From: Ignavibacteriota bacterium
Lineage (GTDB): Bacteria; Bacteroidota; Ignavibacteria; UBA10030
Assembly (NCBI GenBank): GCA_963701295.1
Contig: OY969585.1
Coordinates: 1,888,001 to 1,952,000, forward strand
DNA length: 64,000 bases
Direction of reading: 5' to 3'
Below the pieces are notes generated by a model, which saw nothing but the letters and a program-made list of their open reading frames with translations, ran no database searches and was not told the origin of the DNA. Positions 20,455 through 30,028 of this stretch are shown here, one piece after another (position 1 is the first letter of the stretch; every line of letters starts with the position of its first letter). The position numbers and the translations under genes were made by a program.

Positions 20455-21794
20455 AAAAGTATATTATAATTTGCTTGATCTGGATATGTGCGTTTCCTGT
20501 TTTTGCTCAGCGAGCGTTGACATTGGACGAAAGCAAACAGCTTGCACTGCAGAACAACGCTAAGATAAAAAATGGCGCGCTGGAAATAGAGTCAACGCAG
20601 CAAACAAAAAAGGCAGCGTTCACAAATTTCTTTCCATCAATCAGTGCCAGCGGAGCAATGTTTGAAGCGCAGAAGAACTTAATGGAAATATCTACGCAAG
20701 GCGGTAATCTTCCTATCTATGATGGAAAAGACCTTGCTGCTCTTTCTACGGCAACACAGTTTGCGTATATGCCGGCTTCAACTATGGGATTGCTGAAATC
20801 GGGAACGTTCGGTATGGTTACGGCCGTGCAGCCGATCTTTGCCGGTGGCAGAATCTGGAATGGCAATAAACTTGCGTCACTGGGCGAAGATATCAGCGAG
20901 TACAAGAACCGGCTTTCCCGAAACGAAGTGATTCTGAAGACAGAAGAACAGTATTGGTTGGTGGTATCATTGAATGAAAAATTCAAAACCATACAACGAT
21001 ATGAAGAACTGTTAAACGATTTATTAGCGCAAGTAGAAGATGCTTATAAATCCGGTGTGGCAATGAAAAACGATCTGCTCAAGGTAAAAGTGAAGCGTAG
21101 TGAAGTTCTTCTCAATAAATCAAAATTGGAAAATGGCCGAAAACTCGCAACAATGGCGTTTTGCCAGTATATCGGCATCCCGTTCGATTCGGCATTGGTG
21201 TTAAAGGACTCGTTAGTGGTAAATCAACTTCCTCAAACATATTTCATCGATCATTCTGCGGCACTTAACAATAGATCGGAATATCATTTGTTGCAAGCAT
21301 CTGTACGAGCAGAGGAATTACAGACCAATATAAAACTTGGAGAGTATTTACCACAAGCCGGTATCGGCGTGAGCGGCCTGTATATGAAGTTGGATGAAGG
21401 AAAAGATCGAACTATTGGAATGGTTTTTGGTACTGTTTCTATTCCGATTTCTGATTGGTGGAGTGCATCGCACACTCTGCAGGAGCAGAGCATTAAAGAA
21501 CAGATTGCGCAGAACATGATGAAGGACAACTCGGAATTACTGCTGCTGCAAATGCAAAAAGCTTGGCAAGATTTATCCGATGCATACAAACAATTATTAT
21601 TGAGTGAAGAAGCAAAAGCGCAGGCAGAAGAAAATCTAAAAGTGAACCAAGATAGTTTTAATAATGGTATGAGCAATCTTTCTGATTTACTGGAAGCGCA
21701 GGCGCTGCTGCAGCAGATGAATGATCAGTTGATAGATGCCAGGGCAGGATATCGAAGTAAGCAGATTATGTACTTGCAGGTAACAGGAAGATAG
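20451..21794 (+). CDS. TolC family outer membrane channel
   Basis: Signal peptide; QPIFAGG, SIPISDWW, DLLEAQ; ATGA overlap. Confidence 0.92.
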   Translation: MKKYIIICLIWICAFPVFAQRALTLDESKQLALQNNAKIKNGALEIESTQQTKKAAFTNFFPSISASGAMFEAQKNLMEISTQGGNLPIYDGKDLAALSTATQFAYMPASTMGLLKSGTFGMVTAVQPIFAGGRIWNGNKLASLGEDISEYKNRLSRNEVILKTEEQYWLVVSLNEKFKTIQRYEELLNDLLAQVEDAYKSGVAMKNDLLKVKVKRSEVLLNKSKLENGRKLATMAFCQYIGIPFDSALVLKDSLVVNQLPQTYFIDHSAALNNRSEYHLLQASVRAEELQTNIKLGEYLPQAGIGVSGLYMKLDEGKDRTIGMVFGTVSIPISDWWSASHTLQEQSIKEQIAQNMMKDNSELLLLQMQKAWQDLSDAYKQLLLSEEAKAQAEENLKVNQDSFNNGMSNLSDLLEAQALLQQMNDQLIDARAGYRSKQIMYLQVTGR

Positions 21795-21870
21795 CCGTCT
21801 ATTTTCATATTCTATATTTTATTTTTTGCACAAGTTTAAGTCGTAGGTTTGTATCGGGGTGAAGAAAATA

Positions 21871-21904
21871 AAAAGGCGAATTCAAAACGGATTCGCCTTT
21901 TTTT
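21871..21904. terminator. Bidirectional terminator (efflux operon / tRNA-Met)
   Basis: AAAAGGCGAAT-N9-ATTCGCCTTTT with A and T tracts. Confidence 0.8.
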
Positions 21905-21905
21905 G

Positions 21906-21979
21906 TAGCGGGGGAGGGATTCGAACCCACGACCTGCGGATTATGATTCCGACGCTCTAACCAGCTGAGCTACCCCGCC
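21906..21979 (-). tRNA. tRNA-Met (CAT), probably elongator
   Basis: GGCGGGGTAGCTCAGCTGGTTAGAGCGTCGGAATCATAATCCGCAGGTCGTGGGTTCGAATCCCTCCCCCGCTA; CCA not encoded. Confidence 0.93.
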
Positions 21980-22238
21980 ATTTGAAATTGACGATTTTGA
22001 AATTTCAGATTGAAGATTTATAAGAACCGATCCAACGACTTTCATCCATTGTCATATTGATAGATGAAAAAGAAGGTGGAAAAACCCGCCTCAAAGATAC
22101 TTTAACAATATAAAAAAAAATGCAGGCATCTGCAATGAGAATTTCTTCAATGTACTTATTGGATAGAATCGATTTATAAAATAAATCGAAGAGATGAATC
22201 ACGCTTTCTCATGTTCTATGATGACTTTCTCAGCTTCT

Positions 22239-23315
22239 TCACTTAAACATCCAGAGCAAATAGCCGTAGCCATCCTTTTCCAGCTCTTCCTTCGGGATGA
22301 AGCGAAGAGAAGCGGAGTTGATACAGTACCGTAAATGTGTTGGTATTGGTCCATCATTGAAGACATGACCCAAATGTGAATCGCCGTTCTTACTTCGCAC
22401 TTCAATTCGTTCCATCGGCAATGAGGCGTCTTTTTTCTTAATGAGGAATCTTGGGTCAATTGGCTTCGTAAAACTCGGCCAGCCTGTTCCCGAGTCAAAT
22501 TTGTCGTTGGAACTGAACAACGGTTCTCCAGAGACGATATCAACATAAATTCCTTCTTTATGATTATTCCAATAGGCATTGTGAAAAGGAGGTTCTGTGC
22601 CGCACTGTTCTGTTACTTGATATTGCAGATCGGTTAAATTCTTTTTCAATTCTTCTTTTTTAGGTTTCTTATATTTTTCTAATCCAATCTCTCCCCAGAC
22701 CGCTTTAATGTATCGGTCTCTCCCTGAGGCGCTTCTATAACTATAATATCGAGTTGGATTTTTTTTACAATATTGTTGATGATAACTTTCCGCAGGATAA
22801 AATTTCGAAGCTTTAATAATTTTTGATGCAATAGGTTTATCGAAAATGCCTGATTGTTCAAGTTCCTTTTTTGATGAATCTGCAATGGTTCTCTGCTTGT
22901 CATTATGATAGAATATTGCGGATTGGTATTGGGAGCCTCGGTCCACAAACGAACCGCCTTCATCTGTTGGATCGATTTGCCGCCAAAAAATATCAACAAG
23001 TTCTGAATAACTGATAATATCAGGATCGAAGGAAATCTGAACAGCTTCATAATGCCCGCTTGTGCCGGAACATACTTCTTCGTATGTCGGATTCAGTGTT
23101 TTCCCGCCAGTATATCCGGAAGTAACACTCTTGACGCCATCCAGTTCGCTGAATGCTGCATCTGTACACCAAAAGCAACCTCCAGCGAACGTTGCAGTAT
23201 CGAGTCCTTTATCGTTTTGAGGTACTATTTGTGTTTCCATAACTTTTAAGTCAGTTTTAGCGCAACATGAAAGAAAAGGGAGAATCATTGTAAACAGCAA
23301 CGTTAGTTTTTTCAT
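22239..23315 (-). CDS. msrAB: Exported peptide methionine sulfoxide reductase MsrA/MsrB fusion
   Basis: [16 protein letters not shown]; [23 protein letters not shown]; signal/lipobox LSC. Confidence 0.93.
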   Translation of the reverse strand: MKKLTLLFTMILPFLSCCAKTDLKVMETQIVPQNDKGLDTATFAGGCFWCTDAAFSELDGVKSVTSGYTGGKTLNPTYEEVCSGTSGHYEAVQISFDPDIISYSELVDIFWRQIDPTDEGGSFVDRGSQYQSAIFYHNDKQRTIADSSKKELEQSGIFDKPIASKIIKASKFYPAESYHQQYCKKNPTRYYSYRSASGRDRYIKAVWGEIGLEKYKKPKKEELKKNLTDLQYQVTEQCGTEPPFHNAYWNNHKEGIYVDIVSGEPLFSSNDKFDSGTGWPSFTKPIDPRFLIKKKDASLPMERIEVRSKNGDSHLGHVFNDGPIPTHLRYCINSASLRFIPKEELEKDGYGYLLWMFK

Positions 23316-23472
23316 TTATTCCATTCCGGACTAGGTTCACAAAATAAATTTCTCATTTCCAAGATTTAAACAATCGAATCCAAAGATAAGTTTCGTTGCT
23401 TTCTTTGTCATAAATTGGTTTACGTTCTTGCGCAACCCTTAGGAAGGATGTTCGTATATTTTAAAGGGGAAA

Positions 23473-24658
23473 ATGGATCGTCAACCTCTTACATACCGAC
23501 TTGATCAAAATGGACCAGCGGCGAGTGACGTACTATCCTGCTATTGGGAAATTTACAGATCAAGTTCTGGTAAAATCTGAAGAGTCGATTGCTCCCATTG
23601 CTCAATCATATCGACGTTACATTATTGATTATGAATTGGAAATCCCTCGTTCGGAAGAAGAATATATATTCGAACTTTTAAATTTCGGCATCCTCTGGCG
23701 TGCGTATGGTCACAAAGCTCTTTCAGTCAAGATTGCTCCATTCCGTCTGCTTTCTGCTCTCGGTGATTGGCGCAGGAAGCATCAACATCTCAAGTGTGCC
23801 ATTGATCTCCTGCGCGGTATATTGATGTCATGTTTTCTCGTTCCTGATATGGTAAACCGAATGGAACATGCACCACAGAATCTACATGAGATTGGACGGT
23901 TTGTTGAGTGGCTGGAAGCGACAGGAGATTTCCGGGAAGATGCATTTCGTCTTATCAGGTGGATAGGATTTTGGGGAACACAAACACGCATCCAATTTTT
24001 AAAAATAATGGAAACAACGCTTGCATTGAGTGATTGGTTTGAAAAAGAGAGTCTTCGCAGTATGGGCAGCTTCACTCCAAATGTGGATGTGTTCATTGTG
24101 AAGAATAAAAATTTTTATAAATGGCGCGAAGATCGATTCTCTTGTCTTCGTTCACGCGTCGAATATCATCTAAATATGATTGGTGCTGAAATTATGAACC
24201 GTGCATTTCGGAGGGAATTTCTTGTTGCCGAGCGAAAGACCGTACTCGTTCCGGGATGTATGCGCATCCGCTCTGCGGAAAAATGCGAAGGAACAAAAAT
24301 ATATGATGGTGTGAGATGTTCCGGCTGCGAATCGAAATGTCATGTCAATCAACTCCGTTTACTCGGATTGAAACAAAACTTCGATGTGTGTGTTATGCCG
24401 CATTCGACCGATTTATCGCACTGGACTGCAAAACCCGGATCTCCTTCCATTGCTGTTGTTGGTGTTGCATGTCTCTCTGTCTTAATGCAGGGAGGATGGG
24501 AACTGAAGCGGTACAATGTACCTGCTCAATGTGTACTGCTCAATCAGTCCGGGTGCAAAAAACATTGGGATCGGGTAGGTTTCCCTACGGAATTAGATAT
24601 ACGGGAATTGAAGCGGGTCATAAACGTTCGATCTTCTGCATCAGTCGTTTTATCCTAA
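23473..24658 (+). CDS. DUF116-like Cys-rich protein, probable frameshift near 23530
   Basis: VPGCMR, CSGCESKC, VGVAC, QCVLLNQSGC. The RBS-preceded ATG at 23473 is out of frame with the main ORF (23501/23510-24658). Confidence 0.65.
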
Positions 24659-24761
24659 CAGTATTTCCAACCACATGCATTTATCGCAGAGGCTTAAGAC
24701 ATTGAACCTCTGGGTTTTTGGAATGTTCTTTTGATTAATAGAAAAGAGAAAGAAAAATACT

Positions 24762-25385
24762 TCAGAATCCGACGAGGCCTTTCCAAAAGGCAAATGCACC
24801 GAAAAGTATTAAGAGGGTACCGGCAATTTTATTTACAAGAGCGAGTCCGTTAGCGGTTATTTTTTCTCTGAAGAAATGAACAAGAGCAGTGAGCAATGTA
24901 AACCAACTTAATGAACCGAGGAAAACGCCAGTAACGAGAAATGTTCCAGACCAGTTGTCACCTATAATTTTATTAAGTCCGACACCTGCAAAAACAGCAG
25001 CGAAGGCGAACAAGGTCATAGGATTAGTCAATGTAAGGAGAAATGTAGAGATAAACGCACGCACATGCTTATTTGTCCCATTTATTGGCGTATCTGTTGA
25101 GGCGTGCGAGTGAAACGTGCGATACCCAAGTATCATGAGAAGAACTCCTCCTGCAAGGCGAAGCCAATGTTGCTGATTGGAGATAAAATCGGAGATGAGT
25201 GTTACACCGAACGCAGCCACGATACCGTAGAGCATATCTGCACATGCCGCACTTAATCCCACAATGAGGCCTCGTTTACTCCCGTTAGCAATTGTTCGTC
25301 GGATGCAAAGAACTCCAACTGGCCCGACAGGTGCCGCCAGAGAGAAGCCTATTACAAGGCCTTCAAGAAGAAATATAAAGTTCAT
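24762..25385 (-). CDS. LysE family translocator
   Basis: LAAPVGPVG, LTLTNPMT; about 6 TM helices. Confidence 0.9.
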   Translation of the reverse strand: MNFIFLLEGLVIGFSLAAPVGPVGVLCIRRTIANGSKRGLIVGLSAACADMLYGIVAAFGVTLISDFISNQQHWLRLAGGVLLMILGYRTFHSHASTDTPINGTNKHVRAFISTFLLTLTNPMTLFAFAAVFAGVGLNKIIGDNWSGTFLVTGVFLGSLSWFTLLTALVHFFREKITANGLALVNKIAGTLLILFGAFAFWKGLVGF

Positions 25386-25562
25386 GCGTTGTGCTTCATG
25401 AAAATTGCCTGAGATAGTGCTGTTCGCATAATATAATAAGATAAGTTTTCGAAAATCCATAGAGAAAAATTGAGAATGCTATGATGGTAATGAAGTATCC
25501 GGTACTGATCAGAATTGTATTTCAATCATTTTTTTGCTATTATTTTATGTGTGACACAATGG

Positions 25563-25637
<75 letters not shown>

Positions 25638-25713
25638 CGTTTATAAAGCGAAAGTGCAAGGAGGAAAAGCAACATAACGCTTTATCCTTCATATGTGAGA
25701 TATTTACTTTCAG

Positions 25714-25737
25714 TCGGACGTTAGTCCGATTTTTTTT
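25714..25737 (+). terminator. Hairpin plus T8 immediately upstream of thrS
   Basis: TCGGAC-GTTA-GTCCGA-T8. Confidence 0.55.
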
Positions 25738-25743
25738 ACTTTC

Positions 25744-27684
25744 ATGAGCAAAATAAAGATCACATTCCCAGATGGGAATCAGAAAGAATTTGATCGGGAT
25801 ATCACAGGTAAGCAAATTGCCGAAGGTATCAGCAAAGGTCTGGCGAAAGAAGCACTTGCCGTTGAAGTGAACGGAGAAGTGTGGGATCTCAGCAGACCGA
25901 TAAGCCAAGATGCATCTTTCAAGATTCTCAAATGGTCTGACGATGGTGGTAAAGTTGCCTATTGGCATAGCTCTGCTCATTTAATGGCGGAAGCTGTCGA
26001 GACTTTGTACCCGGGCGCAAAATTCGGTATTGGTCCTTCTATAGAAACTGGTTTTTATTATGACCTTGATTTAGGTGATCATAATCTTACCAAAGATGAT
26101 CTCCAGAAGATTGAAGAGAAGATGAACGAGCTTGCCAATCGTGATGTTCCGTATGTTCGTGAAGAAAAAAGATGGGAAGATGCAGTTGAGTATTTTAAAT
26201 CGAAAGGCGATCAGTACAAACTTGAATTGCTAGATGAGTTTAAGGGGCAAGCCATCAGCTTCTATCATCAAGGCACTTTCACCGATCTCTGCCGTGGACC
26301 GCATTTGCCTTCAACAGGGAAAATCAAAGCGATTAAGCTTCTCAGTGTCGCCGGCGCGTACTGGCGTGGGAATGAAAAAAACAAAATGATGCAGCGCATT
26401 TACGGCGTCACATTCCCAACTAAGAAAGAACTTGACGAGTATCTCTTCCGATTGGAAGAAGCGAAACGCCGCGACCATCGCAAGCTGGGTGCTGAGTTAG
26501 AGCTTTTTCTTTTAACGCCGAAAGTTGGCAGTGGTTTGCCGCTATGGCTTCCGAAAGGGACCATCATTCGCGAATCGCTTATCGAGTTTTTGCGGGATGA
26601 ACAGCGAAAACGCGGATATCAAAGCGTCGTGACTCCGCACATCGCGAATTTGGAATTGTACAAGACATCGGGTCATTATCCATATTATAAAGACTCGCAA
26701 TTTCCACCGATACTACTGGAAAATGGTGAAGCGTTTTTGTTAAAGCCGATGAACTGTCCGCATCACCATCAAATTTATTCGATGAAGCCGCGTTCGTATC
26801 GCGACTTGCCGGTTCGATTAGCAGAATTTGGGACTGTCTATCGCTATGAACAATCCGGTGAAATGAATGGACTGACACGCGTTCGCGGTTTTACTCAGGA
26901 TGATGCGCATATTTATTGTGCACATGATCAGTTAAAGGCGGAAATAAAGGCTACTATCGAGCTGACACAATTGGTATTTAAAACCTTTGGAATGGATGTA
27001 AAGATCCGCTTGTCATACCGTGATGACAAGAATACTGAAAAGTATGGCGGTGAAGCAGCATTCTGGGAGCAAGCTCAACGAGAAATTCGACAAGTGGCGG
27101 ATGAGATAAAACTTGATTACTTTATAGCACTAGGCGAAGCATCCTTCTATGGGCCGAAGATCGACTTTATGGTGAAGGATGCATTAAATCGTACTTGGCA
27201 GCTTGGCACGGTTCAGGTAGATTATGTCATGCCGGAACGGTTCCAGTTGGAGTACATCGGTCAGGATGGACAAAAGCACCGCCCGGTGATTATTCACCGC
27301 GCGCCGTTTGGATCCTTAGAACGATTCGTCGGCATTCTCATCGAGCATTTTGCAGGTGAGTTTCCAATGTGGCTTGCACCGACACAGGTTGCGGTTTTGC
27401 CTATCAGTGATGTCTTTTTAGAGTATGCACGGGAAGTGTATGAGATGTTGAAAGATTCCGGCGTGCGAGTTGAATTAGACGACCGTAATGAAAAGGTGGG
27501 ATACAAAATTCGAGATTGGGAAACGAAGAAAGTACCATTTATGCTTGTGGTTGGCGAGAAGGAAAAAGTCGGCGGTTTGGTTTCCGTACGTCTGCACAAG
27601 AAAGGTGATCAAGGGACAATGAAGCGGGAAGAATTTCAGACTCGTATTCTTGATATCATCAAAACAAGAGCACTCACAGTTTAG
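25744..27684 (+). CDS. thrS: Threonine-tRNA ligase
   Basis: TGS domain, HSSAH, DLCRGPH, KPMNCP, RVRGFTQDDAH. Confidence 0.98.
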   Translation: MSKIKITFPDGNQKEFDRDITGKQIAEGISKGLAKEALAVEVNGEVWDLSRPISQDASFKILKWSDDGGKVAYWHSSAHLMAEAVETLYPGAKFGIGPSIETGFYYDLDLGDHNLTKDDLQKIEEKMNELANRDVPYVREEKRWEDAVEYFKSKGDQYKLELLDEFKGQAISFYHQGTFTDLCRGPHLPSTGKIKAIKLLSVAGAYWRGNEKNKMMQRIYGVTFPTKKELDEYLFRLEEAKRRDHRKLGAELELFLLTPKVGSGLPLWLPKGTIIRESLIEFLRDEQRKRGYQSVVTPHIANLELYKTSGHYPYYKDSQFPPILLENGEAFLLKPMNCPHHHQIYSMKPRSYRDLPVRLAEFGTVYRYEQSGEMNGLTRVRGFTQDDAHIYCAHDQLKAEIKATIELTQLVFKTFGMDVKIRLSYRDDKNTEKYGGEAAFWEQAQREIRQVADEIKLDYFIALGEASFYGPKIDFMVKDALNRTWQLGTVQVDYVMPERFQLEYIGQDGQKHRPVIIHRAPFGSLERFVGILIEHFAGEFPMWLAPTQVAVLPISDVFLEYAREVYEMLKDSGVRVELDDRNEKVGYKIRDWETKKVPFMLVVGEKEKVGGLVSVRLHKKGDQGTMKREEFQTRILDIIKTRALTV

Positions 27685-27695
27685 GAGAAGAACCT

Positions 27696-28253
27696 ATTAA
27701 ACAAGATCGAGCACGCGTTAATTCTGAAATCAAAGCACCTCAGGTGCGTTTAATAACGGATGATGGAGAACAACTAGGTATTATGTCGATCAGTGATGCA
27801 CTCCGAGAGGCGCAAGGAAGGACGTCGGACTTGATTGAGATTGTGCCGAATGCAACTCCACCGGTTTGCAAGATCATGGATTTTGGAAAATACCGGTACG
27901 AGCAAGCGAAGCGAGAAAAGATTCAGAAAAAACATCAGCATGTAACACTTGTAAAGGAAGTTCGATTTCACCCAAATACGGATACTCATGACTTCGATTT
28001 TAAGACTCGGCATGCTCGTGAGTTTATTCTTGAAGGAAACAAAGTGAAAGCAACCGTGGTCTTTAAAGGGCGCGAGATTACCTATCAGGATCAAGGAAAA
28101 GAGTTGCTTGAGCGTTTCACCGAAGTAATGTCAGATATTGCCAAGATGGAACAAGAACCAAAGATGGAAGGACGGCAGATGGTGTCGTACTTTGTGCCGG
28201 AAAAAGGAAAGAAGAAAAGTTTAGAAGTAACCAAACAAACAACAGAGGAATAA
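27696..28253 (+). CDS. infC: Translation initiation factor IF-3 (ATT start)
   Basis: AGGAG, then in-frame ATT giving IKQDRARVNSEIKAPQVRL; PPVCKIMDFGK. Confidence 0.95.
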   Translation: MKQDRARVNSEIKAPQVRLITDDGEQLGIMSISDALREAQGRTSDLIEIVPNATPPVCKIMDFGKYRYEQAKREKIQKKHQHVTLVKEVRFHPNTDTHDFDFKTRHAREFILEGNKVKATVVFKGREITYQDQGKELLERFTEVMSDIAKMEQEPKMEGRQMVSYFVPEKGKKKSLEVTKQTTEE

Positions 28254-28259
28254 GAGCCT

Positions 28260-28454
28260 ATGCCGAAAATGAAAAGCAGGCGCAGCGCTGCCAAGACGTT
28301 TAAGGTCACTGCAACCGGAAAAATTAAGCGTCGGAAAGCGTTTCGCAGTCACATCCTGACCAGCAAGTCTACAAAGCGCAAGCGCCATTTACGCAAATCC
28401 GGTTTTGTTGCTGAAACCGAAGCGTATAAAGTGCGCAGATTTTTATTAGCATAA
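28260..28454 (+). CDS. rpmI: 50S ribosomal protein L35
   Basis: MPKMKS...HILTSKS; synteny. Confidence 0.97.
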   Translation: MPKMKSRRSAAKTFKVTATGKIKRRKAFRSHILTSKSTKRKRHLRKSGFVAETEAYKVRRFLLA

Positions 28455-28476
28455 GTTTGAAAGAAAGGTAAAAGCA

Positions 28477-28824
28477 ATGCCACGTTCACAAAATAAAGTC
28501 GCGTCGCATCGTCGGCGCAAGAAACTCTTAGCTTCAGCGAAAGGATATTGGGGCGGCCGAAGTAAAGTTCTCACCGTTGCCAAGCATCACGTTGATAAAG
28601 CCGGGACACATGCCTATCGACATCGCCGTACGAAGAAACGGGAATTTCGCGCTCTCTGGATCGCCCGCATTAATGCTGCCGCACGTATTCATGGCACGAC
28701 ATATTCGAGATTGATTTCATCCATGGAAAAGAAACAAGTAGGGATCAACCGAAAGGTGTTGGCAGATCTTGCTGCGAATCATCAAGCAGCATTTGCCGAA
28801 GTTGTAAAATTTGCGATGGCGTAA
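28477..28824 (+). CDS. rplT: 50S ribosomal protein L20
   Basis: [18 protein letters not shown]. Confidence 0.97.
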   Translation: MPRSQNKVASHRRRKKLLASAKGYWGGRSKVLTVAKHHVDKAGTHAYRHRRTKKREFRALWIARINAAARIHGTTYSRLISSMEKKQVGINRKVLADLAANHQAAFAEVVKFAMA

Positions 28825-28988
28825 TTATAGTCTTCTTATCTCTTTTATCCCGCACGGATTGCTCAGAGCATTTTGTGAGGGATTAAAAATTTGGTAGGAA
28901 GATTTTTTATTTGTTATCTCATTGTCCACATTGAGCAAGTGGGACGATGCTACGGTGTCCTGCTCGTTTTTTGATAGAGATCACTTGT

Positions 28989-29999
28989 ATGCTCGAAAAA
29001 GTTGCACATACGAAACAAGCCTTTATGGAGGAACTTCAGAAAGCAACAACCCTTCAAGATCTTGAACAGACTCGTATTAAGTATCTTGCACGAAGCGGAG
29101 AGATTGCGGCATTGTTCGAGGGGATGAAATCTGCAACTCCTGCTGAGAAACCTGCGTTGGGAAAGACTCTCAATGAACTTCGACAGTATGCCCAAGCACA
29201 GTTCGACGAGAAGAAATTACTTCTCGAACAATCCGCCAAACCGAAAGAAATCCCGTTCGATCTCACACTGCCTGGGCGTTCAAAGCCCATGGGTACAAAA
29301 CATCCCGTTACACAAGTAATGGAAGAGATCAAGCGTATCTTTATGAGCATGGGATTCTCGGTAGAGATCGGACCGGAAATCGAAAGCGATTACTATAATT
29401 TTGAAGCGCTCAATTTTGCTCCTGACCATCCGGCGCGTGATATGCAGGATACGATTTTTATTGCAGATAAAATTTTACTGCGTACTCACACATCACCGGT
29501 CCAGATTCGTGTGATGGAAAAACAGAAACCGCCCGTGCGTGCTATTATGCCCGGCTGGGCATACCGCAACGAAGCTGTCAGTGCTCGGAGCCTCGTAGCC
29601 TTCCATCAGATTGAAGGATTATACGTGGACGAAGGTGTGACATTCAGCGAGTTGAAGGGAACGCTTGTTGCATTCGCGAAGCAATTTTATGGAAGTTCGA
29701 TTAAATATCGATTCCGTCCAAGCTTTTTTCCATTCACCGAGCCGAGCGCTGAAATGGATATTACCTGTTACCTATGCAATGGAAAAGGATGCCGTATTTG
29801 CAAATACTCCGGCTGGCTGGAAGTTCTCGGCTCGGGGATGGTGCATCCTCACGTTTTTCAGGCAGTCGGATATGACGCAGAGAAGTACACCGGTTATGCG
29901 TTTGGTATGGGGATTGAACGTACTGCGTTGCTGCGCTATGGCATTGATGACATTCGCATTCTCTATGAAAATGATGTGCGGTTCTTGAAACAGTTCTAA
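28989..29999 (+). CDS. pheS: Phenylalanine-tRNA ligase alpha subunit
   Basis: HPARDMQDT, LRTHTS, FPFTEPS. Confidence 0.97.
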   Translation: MLEKVAHTKQAFMEELQKATTLQDLEQTRIKYLARSGEIAALFEGMKSATPAEKPALGKTLNELRQYAQAQFDEKKLLLEQSAKPKEIPFDLTLPGRSKPMGTKHPVTQVMEEIKRIFMSMGFSVEIGPEIESDYYNFEALNFAPDHPARDMQDTIFIADKILLRTHTSPVQIRVMEKQKPPVRAIMPGWAYRNEAVSARSLVAFHQIEGLYVDEGVTFSELKGTLVAFAKQFYGSSIKYRFRPSFFPFTEPSAEMDITCYLCNGKGCRICKYSGWLEVLGSGMVHPHVFQAVGYDAEKYTGYAFGMGIERTALLRYGIDDIRILYENDVRFLKQF

Positions 30000-30028
30000 T
30001 GGATCGATTTTGAAAACAGGTTTATGGC

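Noticed and set aside
28825-28988. pheM-like attenuator before pheS
   Set aside because: Hairpins are present but there is no Phe-rich leader peptide.
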